Source: Clostridiales bacterium (lineage in GTDB: Bacteria > Bacillota > Clostridia > Christensenellales > Aristaeellaceae). From it: a stretch of DNA of 64,000 nt. How positions within the stretch are numbered: the first letter of the stretch is position 1; each line of letters opens with the position of its first letter. Below are positions 8,668 to 17,394 of this stretch, in pieces. Both the position numbers and the translations under genes were made by a program. The notes under the pieces are model-generated. The model was given only the letters and a program-made list of their open reading frames with translations, searched no databases and was not told the origin of the DNA. The DNA is taken from positions 10,678-74,677 of the forward strand of contig SFHU01000001.1 of NCBI GenBank assembly GCA_004555535.1. Reading direction: 5' to 3'.

Positions 8668-10224
8668 ATGGACAAGACACTCACCATCCGCTATACCTCC
8701 GACACCCACGGCTATCTCTACCCGACGAATTACGCCGACCGCGAGGCGCGGGACATGGGCCTGATGAAGTTGGCCTCGGAATTCCCGCATGACGGCAACA
8801 CGCTCATCCTCGACGGCGGCGACACGATTCAGGGCTCGCCGATGACGAACCTCTACCACCGCCTGACGCCCGGGGAGCGCGCGCAGTGCATGCAGAGCGA
8901 TGCCTGCGGCGCGCACCCCTTCGCCGCGATGATGAACCTGGCGGGCTACCAGTATGTGACGCTGGGCAACCACGACTTCAACAACGGCCTTGACGCCCTG
9001 AACGACTACCTCACGAATCTCGACGCGCTCTGCCTGTGCTGCAACATCCGCGACCGGGAGAGCCGCCTGCCCATCGCGCCCTACGCGATCCACATGCTCG
9101 ACAACGGGCTGCGCGTGGGTCTGGTCGGCGCGTGCACGCCGTTCGTGCGCCGCTGGGAGCACCCGGCGACCGTCGCGCAGCTGGTCATCGAGGACCCGAT
9201 TCCCGCCTGCCGGGAGGCGCTTGAGGCCATCCGCGGCCGCTGCGACGTGACCGTGCTGCTCTACCACGGCGGCTTTGAGTGCGACCTGGAGACGGGGCGC
9301 GTGCTCTCCGCAAGCGGGGAAAACGAGGCCTGCCGCATCTGCCGGGAGCTCGACTTTGACCTCGTGCTCACGGGCCATCAGCATGCGCCGGTCGCCGGTG
9401 TGCGCATCGGCAACAGCTATGCCGTGCAGCCGGGCTACCGCGCGCCGCACGCCTGCGCCGTCACCGTCACCGTGCATGAGGACGGCAGCAAGGCCTTTGA
9501 CAGCGCGCTGCTGCCCGCCAAGGGGGAGCCTTTGCCACAGGCCGCGGCGCTGCTCGCTCCGCTGGAAGCGCGGGTGCAGCGCTGGCTCGACACGCCGGCG
9601 GGGCACCTTGACCGCGCGCTCGAGGCGGGCGACCACCTCGACAAGGCCGCACATGGCAGCAACCTGATGAACTTCTTCAACACCGTGCAGCTCGAGGCGT
9701 CCGGCGCGCAGGTTTCCTCCTGCTCGATGCCCAACGAGCTCAAGGGCCTGCCGCAGACCGTCACCATCCGCGACGTCGTCTCGACCTACATCTACACGAA
9801 CACGCTCGTCGTGCTCGAGCTGAAGGGCGAGACGCTGCGCCGCTACATCGAGCGCTCCGCCGCCTACTTTGACCACGACGCGCAGGGAAAGCTCTGCATC
9901 TCCGACGAATTCCTGCGCCCGAAGGTGCAGCACTACAACTACGACTTCTTCTCCGGCATCGACTATGTGATCGACACGCGCCGCCCGGTCGGCAGCCGCG
10001 TCACCTCGATGAAGCTCAACGGCCGCGAGATTGCCGATGACGAACCCGTCTCCGTCTGCGTGAACAGCTACCGCGCCTGCGGCACGGGCGAATACGGCAT
10101 GCTGCTGGGGCAGAAGGTGCTGCGCGACGTGCAGACCGACGTCGCCGACGCGATCATCGAGTACATCGTCGCCCACCCGCAGATCACCGTGGACACGCAC
10201 CGCTACTGCACGGTAATCGAGTGA
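8668..10224 (+). CDS. metallophosphatase/5'-nucleotidase family protein (UshA/CpdB-like), no signal peptide
   Basis: YTSDTHGYL, LDGGDTIQGSP and GNHDFN are calcineurin-like metallophosphoesterase motifs, followed by a C-terminal 5'-nucleotidase-type domain. Confidence 0.8.
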   Translation: MDKTLTIRYTSDTHGYLYPTNYADREARDMGLMKLASEFPHDGNTLILDGGDTIQGSPMTNLYHRLTPGERAQCMQSDACGAHPFAAMMNLAGYQYVTLGNHDFNNGLDALNDYLTNLDALCLCCNIRDRESRLPIAPYAIHMLDNGLRVGLVGACTPFVRRWEHPATVAQLVIEDPIPACREALEAIRGRCDVTVLLYHGGFECDLETGRVLSASGENEACRICRELDFDLVLTGHQHAPVAGVRIGNSYAVQPGYRAPHACAVTVTVHEDGSKAFDSALLPAKGEPLPQAAALLAPLEARVQRWLDTPAGHLDRALEAGDHLDKAAHGSNLMNFFNTVQLEASGAQVSSCSMPNELKGLPQTVTIRDVVSTYIYTNTLVVLELKGETLRRYIERSAAYFDHDAQGKLCISDEFLRPKVQHYNYDFFSGIDYVIDTRRPVGSRVTSMKLNGREIADDEPVSVCVNSYRACGTGEYGMLLGQKVLRDVQTDVADAIIEYIVAHPQITVDTHRYCTVIE

Positions 10225-10241
10225 GCATCGCCCAAAAACAG

Positions 10242-10269
10242 CCGGCGGACAGAGCGCTCTGTCCGCCGG
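10242..10269. terminator. bidirectional rho-independent terminator
   Basis: Perfect 14-bp palindrome CCGGCGGACAGAGC/GCTCTGTCCGCCGG, flanked by an A-run and a T-run, between convergent genes. Confidence 0.75.
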
Positions 10270-10307
10270 TTCTTTTCTGTCTGTTTTCGTTGAAGCGCTG
10301 CTTTGCC

Positions 10308-11450
10308 TCACGCCTCAAGCGCTCTGACAAACGCCTCCAGCCGGTCCATGCCCTCCTCGAGCTGCGCCATCGCGTAGCAGGTGGAGATGCGCACATGGCC
10401 TGTGGAGCCGAAGCACTCCGCCGGGATCAGCGCGAGCTTCCCTTCGTGCATCAGCCTGTCGCAGAAGGTTTCCGCGCTCATTGAAAAGCGTTCCACGGAG
10501 GGATAGATGTAAAACGCGCCGCCGGGCAGGGTGACGTCAAGCCCCATGCCGCGAAGGCGATGATAGACGTAGTCGCGCCGCCGCTCATACTGCGCGCGCA
10601 TCTCCTCCGCCGGCAGGTCAAAAACGCCCTCGCAGCCGCGCTGCACGCAGCCGGGCACGCTCACCACGAGGAAGCTGTGCGCCTTGCGCATCTGCGCCAT
10701 GACGGGCGCGTCCGCCGCCGCGAAGCCGACGCGCACGCCGGTCATCGCGTAGGTTTTGGAGAGCGCGCTCACGTAGATCAGCCGGTCGCGCAGCGCGGAG
10801 TCGCCCATCAGCGTGGGCAGCTCCCCGTAGACGATGCGGTCGTAGACGCTGTCGGCGATGAGGAAGAGGTCGTGCTCAAGCGCCGCCTCCCTGAGCGCCG
10901 ACAGGGAGTCTTCCCCCAGCACCGCGCCCGTCGGATTGTTGGGCGAGGCGAAGAGAATCGCGCGCGTGCGCGGCGTGATGTGCGCGGAAAGGTTCTCCCT
11001 CGTGATCGCGAAGCCGTCCGGCGTCGTCTCCATCGGGACATACACGCCGCCGCAAAGCTCGATCTGCGGCCTGTACAGGCCAAAGGCCGGCACGGGCACG
11101 ATCACCTCGTCCCCGGGATTGAGGATCGCCATCAGCGCACAGGCGAGCGCCTCCGTCGAGCCGACGGTCACGACGGTCTCCTCCGGCGCGTAGTCCGCGT
11201 GAAAGCGGCCGTTGATGTGCGCGGCCACCTGCTCAAGCAGCTCCGGATAGCCGGCGTTCGGCGGATAGTGCGTCTCCCCGGCGAGGATCGCCTCCGCGAT
11301 GCGCGAGCGCACGGGCAGCGGCGCGTCAAAGTCCGGCTCGCCGATGGTCAGCGCGAGGCAGCCGGGAATGGTCCTGGCCGTCTGGCCGATGCGCCGGATG
11401 CCGCTGGGCGGATTGGCGCACAGGCGGCGGTTCAAAAGCTCCTGCATCAT
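10308..11450 (-). CDS. class I/II PLP-dependent aminotransferase
   Basis: 380 aa with IGEPDFDAP, PNNPTG and SALSKTYAMTGVRVGF (Lys in SKxxxxxG(W/V)R context). 4-nt overlap with the upstream gene. Confidence 0.85.
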   Translation of the reverse strand: MMQELLNRRLCANPPSGIRRIGQTARTIPGCLALTIGEPDFDAPLPVRSRIAEAILAGETHYPPNAGYPELLEQVAAHINGRFHADYAPEETVVTVGSTEALACALMAILNPGDEVIVPVPAFGLYRPQIELCGGVYVPMETTPDGFAITRENLSAHITPRTRAILFASPNNPTGAVLGEDSLSALREAALEHDLFLIADSVYDRIVYGELPTLMGDSALRDRLIYVSALSKTYAMTGVRVGFAAADAPVMAQMRKAHSFLVVSVPGCVQRGCEGVFDLPAEEMRAQYERRRDYVYHRLRGMGLDVTLPGGAFYIYPSVERFSMSAETFCDRLMHEGKLALIPAECFGSTGHVRISTCYAMAQLEEGMDRLEAFVRALEA

Positions 11451-12133
11451 GGGCGTTTTCCTCCCCGCGTTCTTGTTCCCCTGCCGCGTCTTGCGCGCGG
11501 CCCTTCGCCGTCCTTCCCCGCGCAGGGCTTGCCCAGCCGCCGCCGCAGAACCTCCTCGCGCGCGACGGAATAGCCGAAGAAGCCCTCCGGCCTCTCCCGC
11601 AGCGGGAAGTATTCCCCGTGCGCATAGGCGACGAGGTTCGCCCGGGCGAGGTGCAGACTGCCGTCCGCGTCAAAGAGCGCGTCGCGGACGTAGACCTCCT
11701 CAATCGCGCAGAGGAACAGGTCGTGCGAGCCGAGCGGGAGCCGCTGCCTGACGCGGCAGCAGAGGAAGGCCGGCGCCTCCGCTAGCGCGGGCGCGGGAAA
11801 GCCCGGCACCTCGCGCGCGTGCAGGCCCATCGCCTCGAATTTATCGACGTCGCGCCCGCTTTTGACGCCGCAGAAGTCCGCCGCGCGGCAGAGCGGCTGA
11901 TCGATCAGGTTGAGGCAGAAGGCCCCGCTCTGCACGATCTGCGCGTGGGAGTGGCGCTGCGGGCGGATGGAGACGGAGAGCATCGGCGGATCCGTGTTGA
12001 CGATCCCCGTCCAGGCGACGGTGATCAGGTTGTCCCGCTCAAAGCCCGGCTCCGTTCCCCGGCAGGAGAGCAGCACGGCGGGCACGGGGGAGAGGAACGT
12101 CGTCGGCCCGATGGGGCGGAAGTTCTTGCCCAT
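11447..12133 (-). CDS. flavin reductase-like FMN-binding domain protein with basic Arg/Gly-rich C-terminal tail
   Basis: PVPAVLLSCRG...NLITVAWTGIVNTDPPMLSVSIRP is typical of the flavin reductase domain. The last 35 aa or so are low-complexity. Confidence 0.75.
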   Translation of the reverse strand: MGKNFRPIGPTTFLSPVPAVLLSCRGTEPGFERDNLITVAWTGIVNTDPPMLSVSIRPQRHSHAQIVQSGAFCLNLIDQPLCRAADFCGVKSGRDVDKFEAMGLHAREVPGFPAPALAEAPAFLCCRVRQRLPLGSHDLFLCAIEEVYVRDALFDADGSLHLARANLVAYAHGEYFPLRERPEGFFGYSVAREEVLRRRLGKPCAGKDGEGPRARRGRGTRTRGGKRP

Positions 12134-12135
12134 GC

Positions 12136-13305
12136 TCAGCCCTTCGCCGCGATGCGCAGCACGTCCTCAATCTGCGGCGGATACAGCTCGACGAAGTGGC
12201 CGGTCTTGCCGTCCACGACGCTGCGCGCCAGCGTGGGGATGTCCGCCTCGCAGCCGCCGACCTCGGCGAGCGTATGCGGCATGCCGATGGAGGTGAAGAA
12301 GGACTGCAGCGCGTCGATGCCCGCCAGGGCGATCTCCTCGTCGCTGCGGCCCTGCGTCTCAACGCCCCAGACGGCCGTCGCAAAGCGCACAAAGCGCGCG
12401 ACGTCGTGCTTGTAGGTGTACTTCATCCAGGCCGGGAAGAGGACGGACAGACTCGCGCCGTGCGCGCAGTCGTACTTCGCGGAGAGCTCGTGGCCGATCC
12501 TGTGGCTGGCCCAGTCCTGCTCGCGGCCCACGCCCACGGAGTTGTTGTGCGCGAGCGTGCCCGCCCACATCAGCGTCGCGTGGGACTCGTAGTCCGTGCT
12601 GTTGGCGAGCGCGACGGGCGCGGCGTCGATGATCGACAGGAGCAGCGCCTCGGCGAGCCGGTCGGTCAGCGCGACGTCGGGCGTGTTGGTGAAGTAGCGC
12701 TCCATGATGTGCGCCATCATGTCCGTGATGCCGCAGGCGAGCTGGTAGCGCGGGAGCGTGAAGGTCAGCTCCGGGTTCATGATCGCAAAGCGCGGGCGGT
12801 GCAGCTCGACGTTGAGGCCGCGCTTGAGGTTGCCGTCAAGCTGGGTGATGACGGCGGAGTTGCTGCCCTCGCTGCCCGCCGCCGGGATGGTCAGCACGCA
12901 GCCCACGGGCAGCGCCGTCTTCGGCACGGCCTTGCCGCTGTAGAAATCCCAGAAATCGCCGTCGTAGGGCACGCCGTCGCCGATGGCCTTGGCCGTGTCG
13001 ATGACGGAGCCGCCGCCCACGGCGAGCAGGAAGTCAAGCCCGTTCTCCCGGCACAGGCGGATGCCCTCGTAGACCAGGTCGCTGCGCGGGTTGGGCTTCA
13101 CGCCGCCCATTTCGACATGCGCGACGCCCGCGGCGTCGAGCGAGGCGAGCACCTGGTCAAGCAGCCCGCTGCGCACGACGCTGCCGCCGCCATAGACGAC
13201 GAGCGCGCGCGTGCCGCCCGCCTCGCGCACGAGACGGCCAGCCTCCTGCTGCGTGCCGCGGCCAAAGACGAACTTCGTCGGGGAACAGAATTCAAAATTC
13301 AGCAT
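12136..13305 (-). CDS. iron-containing (group III) alcohol dehydrogenase, butanol dehydrogenase/YqhD-like
   Basis: Trimmed to MLNFEFCSPTKFVFGRG (RBS GGGAGGA). GGGSVIDTAKAI and the H..GHELS..YD..HG metal-site motifs are present. Confidence 0.85.
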   Translation of the reverse strand: MLNFEFCSPTKFVFGRGTQQEAGRLVREAGGTRALVVYGGGSVVRSGLLDQVLASLDAAGVAHVEMGGVKPNPRSDLVYEGIRLCRENGLDFLLAVGGGSVIDTAKAIGDGVPYDGDFWDFYSGKAVPKTALPVGCVLTIPAAGSEGSNSAVITQLDGNLKRGLNVELHRPRFAIMNPELTFTLPRYQLACGITDMMAHIMERYFTNTPDVALTDRLAEALLLSIIDAAPVALANSTDYESHATLMWAGTLAHNNSVGVGREQDWASHRIGHELSAKYDCAHGASLSVLFPAWMKYTYKHDVARFVRFATAVWGVETQGRSDEEIALAGIDALQSFFTSIGMPHTLAEVGGCEADIPTLARSVVDGKTGHFVELYPPQIEDVLRIAAKG

Positions 13306-13367
13306 GTTGAGTCCTCCCTGTGGACGGGCGATGTTCTGCAAAAGGGCCCCGCCCCATATTCTCCCTT

Positions 13368-13396
13368 ATGATACATGCGCGGGAAAACAAAATCAA
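13368..13396 (-). promoter_or_regulatory. promoter TTGATT-17-TATCAT for the adh operon
   Basis: Seen on the minus strand, about 60 nt upstream of ATG 13305. Confidence 0.4.
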
Positions 13397-13485
13397 CAGA
13401 AATTTCCAAACCCGTGCAAGAATCAGGGCGCGCGAGACGTCATATTGTCAGAAGCGTTTTCCCGGCCCTGCGGCGGGGCTTTCTG

Positions 13486-13514
13486 TTGCATCGGCGGGGA
13501 AAACGTGATAAGAT
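13486..13514 (+). promoter_or_regulatory. promoter TTGCAT-17-TAAGAT for the large surface protein gene
   Basis: Seen directly, about 50 nt upstream of ATG 13567. Confidence 0.4.
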
Positions 13515-13566
13515 GAGGAAAGAATGAACGGGCCGTTCCCGGCTTTGGATATGGAGGGAAATATTT

Positions 13567-16278
13567 ATGCATGCATTCAAGCTCAAGAGAAGCATCGCGG
13601 CCATGCTCTGCGCGGCCATGCTTGGCTCCGCGGCAGCGCCCGCCGCGCTGGCGGAGACCGCGTCCACGCCGGACGAGCCGAAGAAGGAGAGGAGCGCCGA
13701 GGTCGAAAGCCCGAAGGCCTCCGTCTCCGTGAAGGAGGACAGCGTCACCGTCACCATCACCGGGGGCGACGCCACGCGCAAGATGGTGATCCTGCTGGGC
13801 GATGATTTGTTCTTCGAGGGCGTGACCGTCGGCGACACGCGGACGTTTACGTCGCTTGCCGCGGGCAGCTATGACCTGGAGGTCGACTATGTCGACCCCG
13901 TGCCCGGCATCACCCCGGTCCGCACGACCGTGACGGTTCCGGGCAAGAGCAGCGTGACCACGCCGCCCACCGCTGGCGAGACCACTCCGCCTACCAGTGG
14001 CGAGACCACCCCGCCTACCGCTGGCGAGACCACCCCGCCTACCAGTGGCGAGACCACCCCGCCTACCAGTGGCGAGACCACTCCGCCCACCGCTGGCGAG
14101 ACCACTCCTCCCACCAGTGGCGAGACCACTCCGCCCACCGCTGGCGAAACCACCCCGCCTACCAGTGGCGAGACCACTCCGCCCACCGCTGGCGAGACCA
14201 CCCCGCCCGCCGGTGGCGAGACCACCCCGCCCGCTGGCGGCGAAACCACCCCGCCTGCCGCTGGCGAGACCACCCCGCCCGCGCAGGAGCAGCCGGTCGT
14301 CATGGCCATGACCCGCAGCAGCAGAGCTGGTGAGAAGACGGGCGCCATCGAGGGCACGGTTTCCTTCGGCGGCGAAACCGACATGGTCGCCAAGCTCTAT
14401 GACGGAACCGGCGCGCAGATCGCCGAGCAGACGATCCCCGCGGGCGGCGACGGCAGCTTCGCCTTTACCAATCTGGGCGCGGATACCTACACCGTCGCCT
14501 TCCACTACTGGGGCAACAGCAGCCCCGTGCTCTCGCTGAAATACACCGTGAACGTCGCCGCGGCGGAGCAGCTTAGCGCGACCGCGACCGTCAGCACCGC
14601 GCGCATCGACGTGCAGGTCAGCAAGGCGAGCGCGCTGCCCGTGACCGTGACGCTCACGCTCGGCGGCAAGGAGGTCGCCGTGAAGCGCATCGAGGGCGGC
14701 GTCGGCGCCGTCAGCTTTGACAAGCTCGCCTCCGGCGACTACACCGTGTCGGTCGACTACGAGACCGCGCAGAGCGGCTGCGACCCGGTCGTCTTCACGT
14801 CGCTGAGCGTCCTTGCCGAGGTCGCCGATATCGCCATCTCCAAGGTGACCGCCGGGGAGAACCAGCTGACCGTCACCGGCACGGCCCAGCCGGGCGCGGA
14901 TGTCACGCTGACCACCGAGCCCGCGACAAATTCCACGATCGTGCGCGCGGACGCCAAGGGCCAGTTCACCGCGACGATCACCTGCGCCGCCGGTACCTAC
15001 ACCGCCGTTCACGCGCAGTATGGCGCGGACAGCGCGACAAAGGTCAGCAAGACCGGCAGCTTCACCGTCACCGCGCCGGCCACCAAGCCCACGCTCGCGA
15101 CCGACCCGATCACCACGAGCAGCCTGACCGTCATCGCCAGAACGGCGGCGGGCACGGTCGTGAACCTCAAGACGGGCGACTACGGCCAGACCGTCACCGC
15201 CGGCTCGGACGGCATGCTGCGCTTCACCCTGCCGCACACCTACGCCGCCGGCACGGTCGTCACCTTCACCGTCTACTACGGCAAGGACAACGCGCAGTCC
15301 TTCACGCAGACCGTCAAGGTCACGCATCCCGTCTCCTACTCGCTGCTCAAGCGCGGCACCGTGAGCGACGAGGTCTACGCGCTGACCGCGCGCCTTGCCG
15401 AGCTGGGCTATCCCATCAGCGCGACCCGCAGCTACACCGACAGCGTCGCCGCCGCCGTCCGCCTCTTCCAGAGCGCCAACGGTCTGGCCGTCGACGGCCT
15501 CGCCGGTCAGCTCACACAGACGGCCCTCTACTCGCTCAGCGCCGTGCGCTACGGCGGCGAGGGCGAATACCCGACCTTCGTGCGCGGCGACCGCGGCTAC
15601 GCGCTGATCTACACGCTCCAGCAGCGGCTCAAGGATCTGGGTTACTACACCATCCGCGTCGACGGCATCTTCGGCAGCGGCACGCAGCGCGCCGTGCGCG
15701 ACTTCCAATATGTCAACGGCCTGACGCCCACCGGCGTCGCCGACAGCACGACGCAGAAGCTGCTCTACTCCTCCGCCGCCAAGCCGGTCAGCGGCACGGT
15801 CAGCGGCAGCTATACGACGCTCTCCCGCTCGCCCTACTACAACGCGGCGGTCGTCACGCTGCAGCGCAGGCTCAAGGCGCTGGGCTATCTGACCAGCTCC
15901 GTGGACGGCTACTTCGGCACGAAGACCTACCGCGCCGTGTGCAACTTCCAGAGCCGCAACGGCCTGAGTGTCACGGGCATTGCCGACCCCACCACGCAGC
16001 AGGTGCTCTATTCCGCCGGCGCGAAGGCGGCCTCCGGCAGCTCCTCGTCCTCTACGACGGGCTACCGCCTGCTCTACTGGGGCTGCAAGGGCGACGCGGT
16101 CAAGCGCCTGCAGAGCGCGCTGCTCGCCGCCGGGTATTCGCAGGTGAAGGTCGCCGACGGCATCTACGGCCAGTGGACGTATGACGGCGTGCGCGCCTTC
16201 CAGAAGGACCACGGCCTGGCTGTGGACGGCATCGCCGGCAAGAACACGCAGAACGCCCTCTACGGCACCAGCTACTGA
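13567..16278 (+). CDS. large secreted cell-wall-associated protein: signal peptide, TTPPT(A/S)GE x13 linker, Ig/CarboxypepD_reg-like beta domains, four C-terminal PG_binding_1 domains
   Basis: 903 aa, RBS GGAGGG, signal MHAFKLKRSIAAMLCAAMLGSAAAPAALA. Four repeats of the type LQ..L..LGY....DG.FG..T..AV..FQ..NGL.V.G.A peptidoglycan-binding motif. Confidence 0.85.
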   Translation: MHAFKLKRSIAAMLCAAMLGSAAAPAALAETASTPDEPKKERSAEVESPKASVSVKEDSVTVTITGGDATRKMVILLGDDLFFEGVTVGDTRTFTSLAAGSYDLEVDYVDPVPGITPVRTTVTVPGKSSVTTPPTAGETTPPTSGETTPPTAGETTPPTSGETTPPTSGETTPPTAGETTPPTSGETTPPTAGETTPPTSGETTPPTAGETTPPAGGETTPPAGGETTPPAAGETTPPAQEQPVVMAMTRSSRAGEKTGAIEGTVSFGGETDMVAKLYDGTGAQIAEQTIPAGGDGSFAFTNLGADTYTVAFHYWGNSSPVLSLKYTVNVAAAEQLSATATVSTARIDVQVSKASALPVTVTLTLGGKEVAVKRIEGGVGAVSFDKLASGDYTVSVDYETAQSGCDPVVFTSLSVLAEVADIAISKVTAGENQLTVTGTAQPGADVTLTTEPATNSTIVRADAKGQFTATITCAAGTYTAVHAQYGADSATKVSKTGSFTVTAPATKPTLATDPITTSSLTVIARTAAGTVVNLKTGDYGQTVTAGSDGMLRFTLPHTYAAGTVVTFTVYYGKDNAQSFTQTVKVTHPVSYSLLKRGTVSDEVYALTARLAELGYPISATRSYTDSVAAAVRLFQSANGLAVDGLAGQLTQTALYSLSAVRYGGEGEYPTFVRGDRGYALIYTLQQRLKDLGYYTIRVDGIFGSGTQRAVRDFQYVNGLTPTGVADSTTQKLLYSSAAKPVSGTVSGSYTTLSRSPYYNAAVVTLQRRLKALGYLTSSVDGYFGTKTYRAVCNFQSRNGLSVTGIADPTTQQVLYSAGAKAASGSSSSSTTGYRLLYWGCKGDAVKRLQSALLAAGYSQVKVADGIYGQWTYDGVRAFQKDHGLAVDGIAGKNTQNALYGTSY
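13957..14280 (+). repeat. in-frame 24-bp tandem repeat, about 13.5 units (ETTPPT[A/S]G)
   Basis: Near-identical units ACCAC(T/C)CCGCC(T/C)ACC(A/G)(G/C)TGGCGAG alternate Ala and Ser variants. Confidence 0.95.
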
Positions 16279-16307
16279 TCCCTGACGACAGAAAAACGAG
16301 GAAAACC

Positions 16308-17144
16308 ATGCGAAGAACGGTTCCGCTGCTTCTGATGGCTTTGCTTTTCATGACGACGATCCCCTGCGCCCTTTCCCGGGCACAGGGGCTTCGTGTCGAT
16401 TTTTACGACGTGGGCAAGGCCGACGCCATGCTCATCACCGCGCCCTCGGGCTTTCGGATGCTCATCGACGCGGGCACCAACAAGGCGGGCAAAACGCTCG
16501 CCGCGCGCCTTGTGAGCGAGGGCATCGAGCGCATTGACGTCATGCTCATCACGCACTTTGACAAGGACCACGTCGGCGGCGCCGACCGGATCCTCGGCGC
16601 GCTTTCGGTTGACCGCGTGATTCTGCCCGTCTATGACAAGGAGAGCAAGCAGCTTGAGCAGCTCGAGGAGGCGCTCGCCGCCAGCCCGCAGACGGAGGTC
16701 ACGCGCATGGAGACCGGCTCTACGCTGACGATTGAAACCGGCGAGGCGGACATGACCCTCTCCGTCACCGCCGCGCACAAGACCTTTTACGGCGCGGACG
16801 AGGAGAACGACTTCTCCCTCTGCACGCGGCTTTCCTACGGGCAGACGCGCTTTCTCTTCCCCGGCGACGCGGAGGACGCGCGCCAGCGCGAGCTGCTTGA
16901 GGAGGGCGACGTGCGCTGCGACGTGCTCAAGGTGCCCTATCACGGGCGGCTCGTCGCCGCCAGCCGCGACTTCCTGAGCGCGGCGGCCCCGGCGATCGCG
17001 TTCATCCCCGACAGCGACGAGGAGCCCGCCCATGAGGCGGTCATCGCGCAGCTTAAGCTGCTTGGCTGCGAGGTCTACAGCGCGCGCGGGGGCGATTTGA
17101 CAGTCGTCTCCGACGGGACGCAGGTTTCCGTGCTCGCGCCCTGA
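16308..17144 (+). CDS. secreted MBL-fold metallo-hydrolase (ComEC C-terminal-domain-like)
   Basis: Signal peptide, then DVGKADAMLI..LIDAG...MLITHFDKDHVGG and VLKVPYHG, as in ComEC/Rec2-related beta-lactamase-fold proteins. Confidence 0.75.
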   Translation: MRRTVPLLLMALLFMTTIPCALSRAQGLRVDFYDVGKADAMLITAPSGFRMLIDAGTNKAGKTLAARLVSEGIERIDVMLITHFDKDHVGGADRILGALSVDRVILPVYDKESKQLEQLEEALAASPQTEVTRMETGSTLTIETGEADMTLSVTAAHKTFYGADEENDFSLCTRLSYGQTRFLFPGDAEDARQRELLEEGDVRCDVLKVPYHGRLVAASRDFLSAAAPAIAFIPDSDEEPAHEAVIAQLKLLGCEVYSARGGDLTVVSDGTQVSVLAP

Positions 17145-17184
17145 GCCCGGCAGGTTTTTTTCGCAGAATGGAGAATGAGTCCAT

Positions 17185-17315
17185 GCGCGAAGCGAAGATG
17201 GGGTTTGGGGATGAAATCCCCAAGCAGGTTTGGGCGGCAGCCCTAACGTACTCCAATAGAATAAAAAATGCAGTTTCAGAGCAGGCTGCGCAGCAGCCTA
17301 CGATTGAAACGGGTT
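17185..17315 (-). repeat. interspersed modular repeat, short form (core 17270..17315)
   Basis: GCGCGAAGCGAAGATGGGG, TTTGGGGATGAAATCCCCAA, GGTTTGGGCGGCAGCCCTAACG, an AT-rich spacer, then GCAGTTTCAGAGCAGGCTGCGCAGCAGCCTACGATTGAAACGGGTT. Confidence 0.85.
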
Positions 17316-17394
17316 GGATCCTCCAAAAAGGAATTGAATAGAAGACGAATCACAGGAGAAACAGGCGGGCTTCCCGCCGGAAGGAGACATCAGG

